Shown here: positions 39,801 through 53,200 of the stretch, piece by piece
Layout: every line of letters begins with the position of its first letter
Position numbering within the stretch: the stretch's first letter is position 1
Assembly: GCF_009914755.1 (NCBI RefSeq)
Contig: NC_060925.1
Source: the human T2T-CHM13v2.0 reference genome, Homo sapiens
Reading direction: 5' to 3' (one strand)
DNA: 64,000 nucleotides
Made by a program: the position numbers and the translations under genes
The notes under the pieces: model-generated
The model's input: the letters and a program-made list of their open reading frames with translations, nothing else
What the model was told of the DNA's origin: nothing
Databases searched by the model: none

Positions 39801-42800
39801 TTTGTGGAATTTGCAAGTGGAGATTTCAGCCGCTTTGAGGTCAATGGTAGAAAAGTAAATATCTTCGTATAAAGACTAGACAGAATGATTCTCAGAAACT
39901 CCTTTGTGATGTGTGCGTTCAACTCACAGAGTTTAACCTTTCTGTTCATAGAGCAGTTAGGAAACACTCTGTTTGTAAAGTCTGCAAGTGGATATTCAGA
40001 CCTCCTTGAGGCCTTCGTTGGAAACGGGATTTCTTCATATTCTGCTAGACAGAAGAATTCTCAGTAACTTCCTTGTGTTGTGTGTATTCAACTCACAGAG
40101 TTGAACGATCCTTTACACAGAGCAGACTTGAAACACTCTTTTTGTGGAATTTGCAAGTGGAGATTTCAGCCGCTTTGAGGTCAATAGTAGAAAAGGAAAT
40201 AGCTTCGTAGAAAAACTAGACAGAATGATTCTCAGAAACTCCTTTGTGATGTGTGTGTTCAACTCACAGAGTTTAACCTTTCTTTTCATAGAGCAGTTAG
40301 TAAACACTCTGTTTATAAAGTCTGCAAGTGGATATTCAGACCCCTTTGAGGCCTTCGTTGGAAACGGGATTTCTTCATATTATGCTAGACAGAAGAATTC
40401 TCAGTAACTTCCTTGTGTTGTGTGTATTCAACTGACAGAGTTGAACTTTCATTTGGAGAGAGCAGATTTGAAACACTGTTTTTGTGGAATTTGCAAGTGG
40501 AGATTTCAAGCGCTTTGGGGCCAAAGGCAGAAAAGGAAATATCTTCGTATAAAAACTAGACAGAATCATTCTCAGAAACTGCTGCGTGATGTGTGCGTTC
40601 AACTCTCAGAGTTTAACCTTTCTTTTCATTCAGCGGTTTGGAAACACTCTGTTTGTAAAGTCTGCACGTGGATATTTTGACCACTTAGAGGCCTTCGTTG
40701 GAAACGGGTTTTTTTCATGTAAGGCTAGACAGAAGAATTCCCAGTAACTTCCTTGTGTTGTGTGCATTCAACTCACAGAGTTGAACGTTCCCTTAGACAG
40801 AGCAGATTTGAAACACTCTATTTGTGCAATTTGCAAGTGTAGATTTCAAGCGCTTTAAGGTCAACGGCAGAAAAGGAAATATCTTCGTTTCAAAACTAGA
40901 CAGAATCATTCCCACAAACTGCGTTGTGATGTGTTCGTTCAACTCACAGAGTTTAACCTTTCTGTTCATAGAGCAGTTAGGAAACACTCTGTTTGTAAAG
41001 TCTGTAAGTGGATATTCTGATATCTTGTGGCCTTCGTTGGAAACGGGATTTCTTCATATTCTGCTAGACAGAAGAATTCTCAGTAACTTCCTTGTGTTGT
41101 GTGTATTCAACTCACAGAGTTGAATGATCCTTTACACAGAGCAGACTTGAAACACTCTTTTTGTGGAATTTGCAAGTGGAGATTTCAGCCGCTTTGAGGT
41201 CAATGGTAGAAAAGGAAACTATCTTCATATAAAGACTAGACAGAATGATTCTCAGAAAATCTTTTGTGATGTGTGCGTTCAACTCACAGAGTTTAACTTT
41301 TCTTCTCATAGAGCAGTTAGGAAACACTCTGTTTGTAAAGTCTGCAAGTGGATATTCAGACCTGTTTGAGGCCTTCGTTGGAAACGGGATTTCTTCATAT
41401 TATGCTAGACAGAATAATTCTCAGTAATTTCCTTGTGTTGTGTGTATTCAACTCACAGAGTTGAAGGATCCTTTACAGAGAGCAGGCTTGAAACACTCTT
41501 TTTGTCGAATTTGCAAGTGGAGATTTCAGCCGCTTTGAGGTCAATGGTAGAATAGGAAATATCTTCTTATAGAAACTAGACAAAATGATTCTCATGAATT
41601 CCTTTGTGATGTGTGCGTTCAACTCACAGAGTTTAACCTTTCTTTTCATAGAGCAGTTAGGAAACACTCTGTTTGTAAAGTCTGCAAGTGGATATTCAGA
41701 CCTCCTTGAGGCCTTCGTTGGAAACGGGATTTCTTCATATTCTGCTAGACAGAAGAATTCTCAGTAACTTCCTTGTGTTGTGTGTATTCAACTCACAGAG
41801 TTGAACGATCCTTTACACAGAGCAGACTTGAAACATTCTTTTTGTGGAATTTGCAAGTGGAGATTTCAGCCGCTTTGAGGTCAATGGTAGAATAGGAAAT
41901 ATCTTCCTATAGAAACTAGACAGAACGATTCTCAGAAACTCCTTTGTGATGTGTGCGTTCAACTCACAGAGTTTAACCTTTCTTTTCATAGAGCAGTTAG
42001 GAAACACTCTGTTTGTAAAGTCTGCAAGTGGATATTCAGACCTCTTTGAGGCCTTCGTTGGAAACGGGATTTCTTCCTATTCTGCTAGACAGAAGAATTC
42101 TCAGTAACTTCCTTGTGTTGTGTGTATTCAACTCACAGAGTTGAACGATCCTTTACACAGAGCAGACTTGAAACACTCTTTTTGTGGAATTTGCAAGTGG
42201 AGATTTCAGCCGCTTTGAGGTCAATAGTAGAAAAGGAAATATCTTCGTAGAAAAACTAGACAGAATGATTCTCAGAAACTCCTTTGTGATGTGTGTGTTC
42301 AACTCACAGAGTTTAACCTTTCTTTTCATAGAGCAGTTAGTAAACACTCTGTTTATAAAGTCTGCAAGTGGATATTCAGACCCCTTTGAGGCCTTCGTTG
42401 GAAACGGGATTTCTTCATATTATGCTAGACAGAAGAATTCTCAGTAACTTCCTTGTGTTGTGTGTATTCAACCGACAGAGTTGAACTTTCATTTGGAGAG
42501 AGCAGATTTGAAACACTGTTTTTGTGGAATTTGCAAGTGGAGATTTCAAGCGCTTTGGGGTCAAAGGCAGAAAAGGAAATATCTTCGTATAAAAACTAGA
42601 CAGAATCATTCTCAGAAACTGCTGCGTGATGTGTGCGTTCAACTCTCAGAGTTTAACTTTTCTTTTCATTCAGCGGTTTGGAAACACTCTGTTTGTAAAG
42701 TCTGCACGTGGATATTTTGACCACTTAGAGGCCTTCGTTGGAAACGGGTTTTTTTCATGTAAGGCTAGACAGAAGAATTCCCAGTAACTTCCTTGTGTTG

Positions 42801-42830
42801 TGTGCATTCAACTCACAGAGTTGAACGTTC

Positions 42831-45211
42831 CCTTAGACAGAGCAGATTTGAAACACTCTATTTGTGCAATTTGCAAGTGTAGATTTCAAGCGCTTTAAGG
42901 TCAACGGCAGAAAAGGAAATATCTTCGTTTCAAAACTAGACAGAATCATTCCCACAAACTGCGTTGTGATGTGTTCGTTCAACTCACAGAGTTTAACCTT
43001 TCTGTTCATAGAGCAGTTAGGAAACACTCTGTTTGTAAAGTCTGTAAGTGGATATTCAGACCTCTTTGAGGCCTTCGTTGGAAACGGGATTTCTTCATAT
43101 TATGCTAGACAGAATAATTCTCAGTAACTTCCTTGTGTTGTGTGTATTCAACTCACAGAGTTGAAGGATCCTTTACAGAGAGCAGGCTTGAAACACTCTT
43201 TTTGTCGAATTTGCAAGTGGAGATTTCAGCCGCTTTGAGGTCAATGGTAGAATAGGAAATATCTTCTTATAGAAACTAGACAGAATGATTCTCATAAACT
43301 CCTTTGTGATGTGTGCGTTCAACTCACAGAGTTTAACCTTTCTTTTCATAGAGCAGTTAGGAAACACTCTGTTTGAAAAGTCTGCAAGTGGATATTCAGA
43401 CCCCCTTGAGGCCTTCGTTGGAAACGGGATTTCTTCATATTCTGCTAGACAGAAGAATTCTCAGTAACTTCCTTGTGTTGTGTTTATTCAACTCACAGAG
43501 TTGAATGATCCTTTACACAGAGCAGACTTGAAACACTCTTTTTGTGGAATTTGCAAGTGGAGATTTCAGCCGCTTTGAGGTCAATGGTAGAAAAGGAAAC
43601 TATCTTCATATAAAGACTAGACAGAATGATTCTCAGAAAATCTTTTGTGATGTGTGCGTTCAACTCACAGAGTTTAACTTTTCTTCTCATAGAGCAGTTA
43701 GGAAACACTCTGTTTGTAAAGTCTGCAAGTGGATATTCAGACCTCTTTGAGGCCTTCGTTGGAAACGGGATTTCTTCATATTATGCTAGACAGAATAATT
43801 CTCAGTAACTTCCTTGTGTTGTGTGTATTCAACTCACAGAGTTGAAGGATCCTTTACAGAGAGCAGGCTTGAAACACTCTTTTTGTCGAATTTGCAAGTG
43901 GAGATTTCAGCCGCTTTGAGGTCAATGGTAGAATAGGAAATATCTTCTTATAGAAACTAGACAGAATGATTCTCATAAACTCCTTTGTGATGTGTGCGTT
44001 CAACTCACAGAGTTTAACCTTTCTTTTCATAGAGCAGTTAGGAAACACTCTGTTTGAAAAGTCTGCAAGTGGATATTCAGACCTCCTTGAGGCCTTCGTT
44101 GGAAACGGGATTTCTTCATATTCTGCTAGACAGAAGAATTCTCAGTAACTTCCTTGTGTTGTGTTTATTCAACTCACAGAGTTGAATGATCCTTTACACA
44201 GAGCAGACTTGAAACACTCTTTTTGTGGAATTTGCAAGTGGAGATTTCAGCCGCTTTGAGGTCAACGGTAGAAAAGTAAATATCTTCGTATAAAGACTAG
44301 ACAGAATGATTCTCAGAAACTCCTTTGTGATGTGTGCGTTCAACTCACAGAGTTTAACCTTTCTGTTCATAGAGCAGTTAGGAAACACTCTGTTTGTAAA
44401 GTCTGCAAGTGGATATTCAGACCTCCTTGAGGCCTTCGTTGGAAACGGGATTTCTTCATATTCTGCTAGACAGAAGAATTCTCAGTAACTTCCTTGTGTT
44501 GTGTGTATTCAACTCACAGAGTTGAACGATCCTTTACACAGAGCAGACTTGAAACACTCTTTTTGTGGAATTTGCAAGTGGAGATTTCAGCCGCTTTGAG
44601 GTCAATAGTAGAAAAGGAAATATCTTCGTAGAAAAACTAGACAGAATGATTCTCAGAAACTCCTTTGTGATGTGTGTGTTCAACTCACAGAGTTTAACCT
44701 TTCTTTTCATAGAGCAGTTAGTAAACACTCTGTTTATAAAGTCTGCAAGTGGATATTCAGACCCCTTTGAGGCCTTCGTTGGAAACGGGATTTCTTCATA
44801 TTATGCTAGACAGAAGAATTCTCAGTAACTTCCTTGTGTTGTGTGTATTCAACTGACAGAGTTGAACTTTCATTTAGAGAGAGCAGATTTGAAACACTGT
44901 TTTTGTGGAATTTGCAAGTGGAGATTTCAAGCGCTTTGGGGCCAAAGGCAGAAAAGGAAATATCTTCGTATAAAAACTAGACAGAATCATTCTCAGAAAC
45001 TGCTGCGTGATGTGTGCGTTCAACTCTCAGAGTTTAACTTTTCTTTTCATTCAGCGGTTTGGAAACACTATGTTTGTAAAGTCTGCACGTGGATATTTTG
45101 ACCACTTAGAGGCCTTCGTTGGAAACGGGTTTTCTTCATGTAAGGCTAGACAGAAGAATTCCCAGTAACTTCCTTGTGTTGTGTGCATTCAACTCACAGA
45201 GTTGAACGTTC
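42831..45211 (+). repeat. 14-mer HOR variant A/B-C-B-C-G-E-F
   Basis: 2381 bp between A dimers; two C dimers (BamHI sites at ~43166 and ~43847). Confidence 0.82.
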
Positions 45212-46881
45212 CCTTAGACAGAGCAGATTTGAAACACTCTATTTGTGCAATTTGTAGTGTAGATTTCAAGCGCTTTAAGGTCAATGGCAGAAAAGGAAAT
45301 TTCTTCGTTTCAAAACTAGACAGAATCATTCCCACAAACTGCGTTGTGATGTGTTCGTTCAACTCACAGAGTTTAACCTTTCTGTTCATAGAGCAGTTAG
45401 GAAACACTCTGTTTGTAAAGTCTGCAAGTGGATATTCAGACCTCCTTGAGGCCTTCGTTGGAAACGGGATTTCTTCATATTCTGCTAGACAGAAGAATTC
45501 TCAGTAACTTCCTTGTGTTGTGTGTATTCAACTCACAGAGTTGAACGATCCTTTACACAGAGCAGACTTGAAACACTCTTTTTGTGGAATTTGCAAGTGG
45601 AGATTTCAGCCGCATAGAGGTCAATGGTAGAAAAGGAAATATCTTCGTATAAAGTCTAGACAGAATGATTCTCAGAAACTCCTTTGTGATGTGTGCGTTC
45701 AACTCACAGAGTTTAACTTTTCTTTTCATAGAGCAGTTAGGAAACACTCTGTTTGTAAAGTCTGCAAGTGGATATTCAGACCTCTTTGAGGCCTTCGTTG
45801 GAAACGGGTTTTCTTCATATTCTGCTAGACAGAATAATTCTCACTAACTTCCTTGTGTTGTGTGTATTCAACTCACAGAGTTGAACGATCCTTTACACAG
45901 AGCAGACTTGAAACATTCTTTTTGTGGAATTTGCAAGTGGAGATTTCAGCCGCTTTGAGGTCAATGGTAGAATAGGAAATATCTTCCTATAGAAACTAGA
46001 CAGAACGATTCTCAGAAACTCCTTTGTGATGTGTGCGTTCAACTCACAGAGTTTAACCTTTCTTTTCATAGAGCAGTTAGGAAACACTCTGTTTGTAAAG
46101 TCTGCAAGTGGATATTCAGACCTCTTTGAGGCCTTCGTTGGAAACGGGATTTCTTCCTATTCTGCTAGACAGAAGAATTCTCAGTAACTTCCTTGTGTTG
46201 TGTGTATTCAACTCACAGAGTTGAACGATCCTTTACACAGAGCAGACTTGAAACACTCTTTTTGTGGAATTTGCAATTGGAGATTTCAGCCGCTTTGAGG
46301 TCAATAATAGAAAAGGTAATATCTTCGTAGAAAAACTAGACAGAATGATTCTCAGAAACTCCTTTGTGATGTGTGTGTTCAACTCACAGAGTTTAACCTT
46401 TCTTTTCATAGAGCAGTTAGTAAACACTCTGTTTATAAAGTCTGCAAGTGGATATTCAGACCCCTTTGAGGCCTTCGTTGGAAACGGGATTTCTTCATAT
46501 TATGCTAGACAGAAGAATTCTCAGTAACTTCCTTGTGTTGTGTGTATTCAACTGACAGAGTTGAACTTTCATTTAGAGAGAGCAGATTTGAAACACTGTT
46601 TTTGTGGAATTTACAAGTGGAGATTTCAAGCGCTTTGGGGCCAAAACTAGACAGAATCATTCTCAGAAACTGCTGCGTGATGTGTGCGTTCAACTCTCAG
46701 AGTTTAACTTTTCTTTTCATTCAGCGGTTTGGAAACACTCTGTTTGTAAAGTCTGCACGTGGATATTTTGACCACTTAGAGGCCTTCGTTGGAAACGGGT
46801 TTTTTTCATGTAAGGCTAGACAGAAGAATTCCCAGTAACTTCCTTGTGTTGTGTGCATTCAACTCACAGAGTTGAACGTTC
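45212..46881 (+). repeat. 10-mer HOR variant A/G-H-D-E-F (also at 50282, 56061); this copy carries a 29-bp deletion
   Basis: 1670 bp versus 1699 bp for the sister copies. Shared markers are CAATGGCAG and an upstream GGGTTTTCTTCATG. Confidence 0.85.
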
Positions 46882-48921
46882 CCTTAGACAGAGCAGATTT
46901 GAAACACTCTATTTGTGCAATTTGCAAGTGTAGATTTCAAGCGCTTTAAGGTCAACGGCAGAAAAGGAAATATCTTCGTTTCAAAACTAGACAGAATCAT
47001 TCCCACAAACTGCCTTGTGATGTGTTCGTTCAACTCACAGAGTTTAACCTTTCTGTTCATAGAGCAGTTAGGAAACACTCTGTTTGTAAAGTCTGTAAGT
47101 GGATATTCTGACATCTTGTGGCCTTCGTTGGAAACGGGATTTCTTCATATTCTGCTAGACAGAAGAATTCTCAGTAACTTCCTTGTGTTGTGTGTATTCA
47201 ACTCACAGAGTTGAATGATCCTTTACACAGAGCAGACTTGAAACACTCTTTTTGTGGAATTTGCAAGTGGAGATTTCAGCCGCTTTGAGGTCAATGGTAG
47301 AAAAGGAAACTATCTTCATATAAAGACTAGACAGAATGATTCTCAGAAAATCTTTTGTGATGTGTGCGTTCAACTCACAGAGTTTAACTTTTCTTCTCAT
47401 AGAGCAGTTAGGAAACACTCTGTTTGTAAAGTCTGCAAGTGGATATTCAGACCTCTTTGAGGCCTTCGTTGGAAACGGGATTTCTTCATATTATGCTAGA
47501 CAGAATAATTCTCAGTAACTTCCTTGTGTTGTGTGTATTCAACTCACAGAGTTGAAGGATCCTTTACAGAGAGCAGGCTTGAAACACTCTTTTTGTCGAA
47601 TTTGCAAGTGGAGATTTCAGCCGCTTTGAGGTCAATGGTAGAATAGGAAATATCTTCTTATAGAAACTAGACAGAATGATTCTCATAAACTCCTTTGTGA
47701 TGTGTGCGTTCAACTCACAGAGTTTAACCTTTCTTTTCATAGAGCAGTTAGGAAACACTCTGTTTGTAAAGTCTGCAAGTGGATATTCAGACCTCCTTGA
47801 GGCCTTCGTTGGAAACGGGATTTCTTCATATTCTGCTAGACAGAAGAATTCTCAGTAACTTCCTTGTGTTGTGTTTATTCAACTCACAGAGTTGAATGAT
47901 CCTCTACACAGAGCAGACTTGAAACACTCTTTTTGTGGAATTTGCAAGTGGAGAATTCAGCCGCTTTGAAGTCAATGGTAGAAAAGTAAATATCTTCGTA
48001 TAAAGACTAGACAGAATGATTCTCAGAAACTCCTTTGTGATGTGTGCGTTCAACTCACAGAGTTTAACCTTTCTGTTCATAGAGCAGTTAGGAAACACTC
48101 TGTTTGTAAAGTCTGTAAGTGGATATTCAGACCTCCTTGAGGCCTTCGTTGGAAACGGGATTTCTTCATATTCTGCTAGACAGAAGAATTCTCAGTAACT
48201 TCCTTGTGTTGTGTGTATTCAACTCACAGAGCTGAACGATCCTTTACACAGAGCAGACTTGAAACACTCTTTTTGTGGAATTTGCAAGTGGAGATTTCAG
48301 CCGCTTTGAGGTCAATGGTAGAAAAGGAAATATCTTCGTATAAAGACTAGACAGAATGATTCTCATAAACTCCTTTGTGATGTGTGCGTTCAACTCACAG
48401 AGTTTAACTTTTCTTTTCATAGAGCAGTTAGGAAACACTCTGTTTGTAAAGTCTGCAAGTGGATATTCAGACCTCTTTGAGGCCTTCGTTGGAAACGGGA
48501 TTTCTTCATATTATGCTAGACAGAATAATTCTCAGTAACTTCCTTGTTTTGTGTGTATTCAACTCACAGAGTTGAACGATCCTTTACACAGAGCAGACTT
48601 GAAACATTCTTTTTCTGGAATTTGCAAGTGGAGATTTCAGCCGCTTTGAGGTCAATGGTAGAATAGGAAATATCTTCCTATAGAAACTAGACAGAACGAT
48701 TCTCAGAAACTCCTTTGTGATGTGTGCGTTCAACTCACAGAGTTTAACCTTTCTTTTCATAGAGCAGTTAGGAAACACTCTGTTTGTAAAGTCTGCAAGT
48801 GGATATTCAGACCTTTTTGAGGCCTTCGTTGGAAACGGGATTTCTTCCTATTCTGCTAGACAGAAGAATTCCCAGTAACTTCCTTGTGTTGTGTGCATTC
48901 AACTCACAGAGTTGAACGTTC
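46882..48921 (+). repeat. 12-mer HOR variant A-B-C-G-H-D lacking E and F (also at 51981, 59798)
   Basis: 2040 bp. D (TTTTTCTGGAA, CTTGTTTTGTG) runs straight into GAATTCCCAG and the next A dimer. Confidence 0.87.
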
Positions 48922-50281
48922 CCTTAGACAGAGCAGATTTGAAACACTCTATTTGTGAAATTTCCAAGTGTAGATTTCAAGCGCTTTAAGGTCAACGGCA
49001 GAAAAGGAAATATCTTCGTTTCAAAACTAGACAGAATCATTCCCACAAACTGCGTTGTGATGTGTTCGTTCAACTCACAGAGTTTAACCTTTCTGTTCAT
49101 AGAGCAGTTAGGAAACACTCTGTTTGTAAAGTCTGCAAGTGGATATTCAGACCTCCTTGAGGCCTTCGTTGGAAACGGGATTTCTTCATATTCTGCTAGA
49201 CAGAAGAAATCTCAGTAACTTCCTTGTGTTGTGTTTATTCAACTCACAGAGTTGAATGATCCTTTACACAGAGCAGACTTGAAACACTCTTTTTGTGGAA
49301 TTTGCAAGTGGAGATTTCAGCCGCTTTGAGGTCAATGGTAGAAAAGTAAATATCTTCGTATAAAGACTAGACAGAATGATTCTCAGAAACTCCTTTGTGA
49401 TGTGTGCGTTCAACTCACAGAGTTTAACCTTTCTGTTCATAGAGCAGTTAGGAAACACTCTGTTTGTAAAGTCTGCAAGTGGATATTCAGACCTCCTTGA
49501 GGCCTTCGTTGGAAACGGGATTTCTTCATATTCTGCTAGACAGAAGAATTCTCAGTAACTTCCTTGTGTTGTGTGTATTCAACTCACAGAGTTGAACGAT
49601 CCTTTACACAGAGCAGACTTGAAACACTCTTTTTGTGGAATTTGCAAGTGGAGATTTCAGCCGCTTTGAGGTCAATAGTAGAAAAGGAAATATCTTCGTA
49701 GAAAAACTAGACAGAATGATTCTCAGAAACTCCTTTGTGATGTGTGTGTTCAACTCACAGAGTTTAACCTTTCTTTTCATAGAGCAGTTAGTAAACACTC
49801 TGTTTATAAAGTCTGCAAGTGGATATTCAGACCCCTTTGAGGCCTTCGTTGTAAACGGGATTTCTTCATATTATGCTAGACAGAAGAATTCTCAGTAACT
49901 TCCTTGTGTTGTGTGTATTCAACTGACAGAGTTGAACTTTCATTTGGAGAGAGCAGATTTGAAACACTGTTTTTGTGGAATTTGCAAGTGGAGATTTCAA
50001 GCGCTTTGGGGCCAAAGGCAGAAAAGGAAATATCTTCGTATAAAAACTAGACAGAATCATTCTCAGAAACTGCTGCGTGATGTGTGCGTTCAACTCTCAG
50101 AGTTTAACTTTTCTTTTCATTCAGCGGTTTGGAAACACTCTGTTTGTAAAGTCTGCACGTGGATATTTTGACCACTTAGAGGCCTTCGTTGGAAACGGGT
50201 TTTCTTCATGTAAGGCTAGACAGAAGAATTCCCAGTAACTTCCTTGTGTTGTGTGCATTCAACTCACAGAGTTGAACGTTC
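48922..50281 (+). repeat. 8-mer HOR variant A/C-G-E-F
   Basis: 1360 bp. The A first monomer is followed by a CCTCCTTGAG-type second monomer, then G. Confidence 0.8.
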
Positions 50282-53200
50282 CCTTAGACAGAGCAGATTT
50301 GAAACACTCTATTTGTGCAATTTGTAGTGTAGATTTCAAGCGCTTTAAGGTCAATGGCAGAAAAGGAAATTTCTTCGTTTCAAAACTAGACAGAATCATT
50401 CCCACAAACTGCGTTGTGATGTGTTCGTTCAACTCACAGAGTTTAACCTTTCTGTTCATAGAGCAGTTAGGAAACACTCTGTTTGTAAAGTCTGCAAGTG
50501 GATATTCAGACCTCCTTGAGGCCTTCGTTGGAAACGGGATTTCTTCATATTCTGCTAGACAGAAGAATTCTCAGTAACTTCCTTGTGTTGTGTGTATTCA
50601 ACTCACAGAGTTGAACGATCCTTTACACAGAGCAGACTTGAAACACTCTTTTTGTGGAATTTGCAAGTGGAGATTTCAGCCGCTTTGAGGTCAATGGTAG
50701 AAAAGGAAATATCTTCGTATAAAGTCTAGACAGAATGATTCTCAGAAACTCCTTTGTGATGTGTGCGTTCAACTCACAGAGTTTAACTTTTCTTTTCATA
50801 GAGCAGTTAGGAAACACTCTGTTTGTAAAGTCTGCAAGTGGATATTCAGACTTCTTTGAGGCCTTCGTTGGAAACGGGATTTCTTCATATTCTGCTAGAC
50901 AGAATAATTCTCAGTAACTTCCTTGTGTTGTGTGTATTCAACTCACAGAGTTGAACGATCCTTTACACAGAGCAGACTTGAAACATTCTTTTTGTGGAAT
51001 TTGCAAGTGGAGATTTCTGCCGCTTTGAGGTCAATGGTAGAATAGGAAATATCTTCCTATAAAAACTAGACAGAACGATTCTCAGAAACTCCTTTGTGAT
51101 GTGTGCGTTCAACTCACAGAGTTTAACCTTTCTTTTCATAGAGCAGTTAGGAAACACTCTGTTTGTAAAGTCTGCAAGTGGATATTCAGACCTCTTTGAG
51201 GCCTTCGTTGGAAACGGGATTTCTTCCTATTCTGCTAGACAGAAGAATTCTCAGTAACTTCCTTGTGTTGTGTGTATTCAACTCACAGAGTTGAACGATC
51301 CTTTACACAGAGCAGACTTGAAACACTCTTTTTGTGGAATTTGCAAGTGGAGATTTCAGCCGCTTTGAGGTCAATAGTAGAAAAGGTAATATCTTCGTAG
51401 AAAAACTAGACAGAATGATTCTCAGAAACTCCTTTGTGATGTGTGTGTTCAACTCACAGAGTTTAACCTTTCTTTTCATAGAGCAGTTAGTAAACACTCT
51501 GTTTATAAAGTCTGCAAGTGGATATTCAGACCCCTTTGAGGCCTTCGTTGGAAACGGGATTTCTTCATATTATGCTAGACAGAAGAATTCTCAGTAACTT
51601 CCTTGTGTTGTGTGTATTCAACTGACAGAGTTGAACTTTCATTTAGAGAGAGCAGATTTGAAACACTGTTTTTGTGGAATTTGCAAGTGGAGATTTCAAG
51701 CGCTTTGGGGCCAAAGGCAGAAAAGGAAATATCTTCGTATAAAAACTAGACAGAATCATTCTCAGAAACTGCTGCGTGATGTGTGCGTTCAACTCTCAGA
51801 GTTTAACTTTTCTTTTCATTCAGCGGTTTGGAAACACTCTGTTTGTAAAGTCTGCACGTGGATATTTTGACCACTTAGAGGCCTTCGTTGGAAACGGGTT
51901 TTTTTCATGTAAGGCTAGACAGAAGAATTCCCAGTAACTTCCTTGTGTTGTGTGCATTCAACTCACAGAGTTGAACGTTCCCTTAGACAGAGCAGATTTG
52001 AAACACTCTATTTGTGCAATTTGCAAGTGTAGATTTCAAGCGCTTTAAGGTCAACGGCAGAAAAGGAAATATCTTCGTTTCAAAACTAGACAGAATCATT
52101 CCCACAAACTGCGTTGTGATGTGTTCGTTCAACTCACAGAGTTTAACCTTTCTGTTCATAGAGCAGTTAGGAAACACTCTGTTTGTAAAGTCTGTAAGTG
52201 GATATTCTGACATCTTGTGGCCTTCGTTGGAAACGGGATTTCTTCATATTCTGCTAGACAGAAGAATTCTCAGTAACTTCCTTGTGTTGTGTGTATTCAA
52301 CTCACAGAGTTGAACGATCCTTTACACAGAGCAGACTTGAAACACTCTTTTTGTGGAATTTGCAAGTGGAGATTTCAGCCGCTTTGAGGTCAATGGTAGA
52401 AAAGGAAACTATCTTCATATAAAGACTAGACAGAATGATTCTCAGAAAATCTTTTGTGATGTGTGCGTTCAACTCACAGAGTTTAACTTTTCTTCTCATA
52501 GAGCAGTTAGGAAACACTCTGTTTGTAAAGTCTGCAAGTGGATATTCAGACCTCTTTGAGGCCTTCGTTGGAAACGGGATTTCTTCATATTATGCTAGAC
52601 AGAATAATTCTCAGTAACTTCCTTGTGTTGTGTGTATTCAACTCACAGAGTTGAAGGATCCTTTACAGAGAGCAGGCTTGAAACACTCTTTTTGTCGAAT
52701 TTGCAAGTAGAGATTTCAGCCGCTTTGAGGTCAATGGTAGAATAGGAAATATCTTCTTATAGAAACTAGACAGAATGATTCTCATAAACTCCTTTGTGAT
52801 GTGTGCGTTCAACTCACAGAGTTTAACCTTTCTTTTCATAGAGCAGTTAGGAAACACTCTGTTTGTAAAGTCTGCAAGTGGATATTCAGACCTCCTTGAG
52901 GCCTTCGTTGGAAACGGGATTTCTTCATATTCTGCTAGACAGAAGAATTCTCAGTAACTTCCTTGTGTTGTGTTTATTCAACTCACAGAGTTGAATGATC
53001 CTTTACACAGAGCAGACTTGAAACACTCTTTTTGTGGAATTTGCAAGTGGAGATTTCAGCCGCTTTGTAGTCAATGGTAGAAAAGTAAATATCTTCGTAT
53101 AAAGACTAGACAGAATGATTCTCAGAAACTCCTTTGTGATGTGTGCGTTCAACTCACAGAGTTTAACCTTTCTGTTCATAGAGCAGTTAGGAAACACTCT

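Noticed and set aside
34234-49860. Box variants CTTCGTTGCAAACGGGA (34234, 36274) and CTTCGTTGTAAACGGGA (49844) as disrupted boxes
   Set aside because: The changes fall in degenerate N positions of NTTCGNNNNANNCGGGN, so the core is intact.
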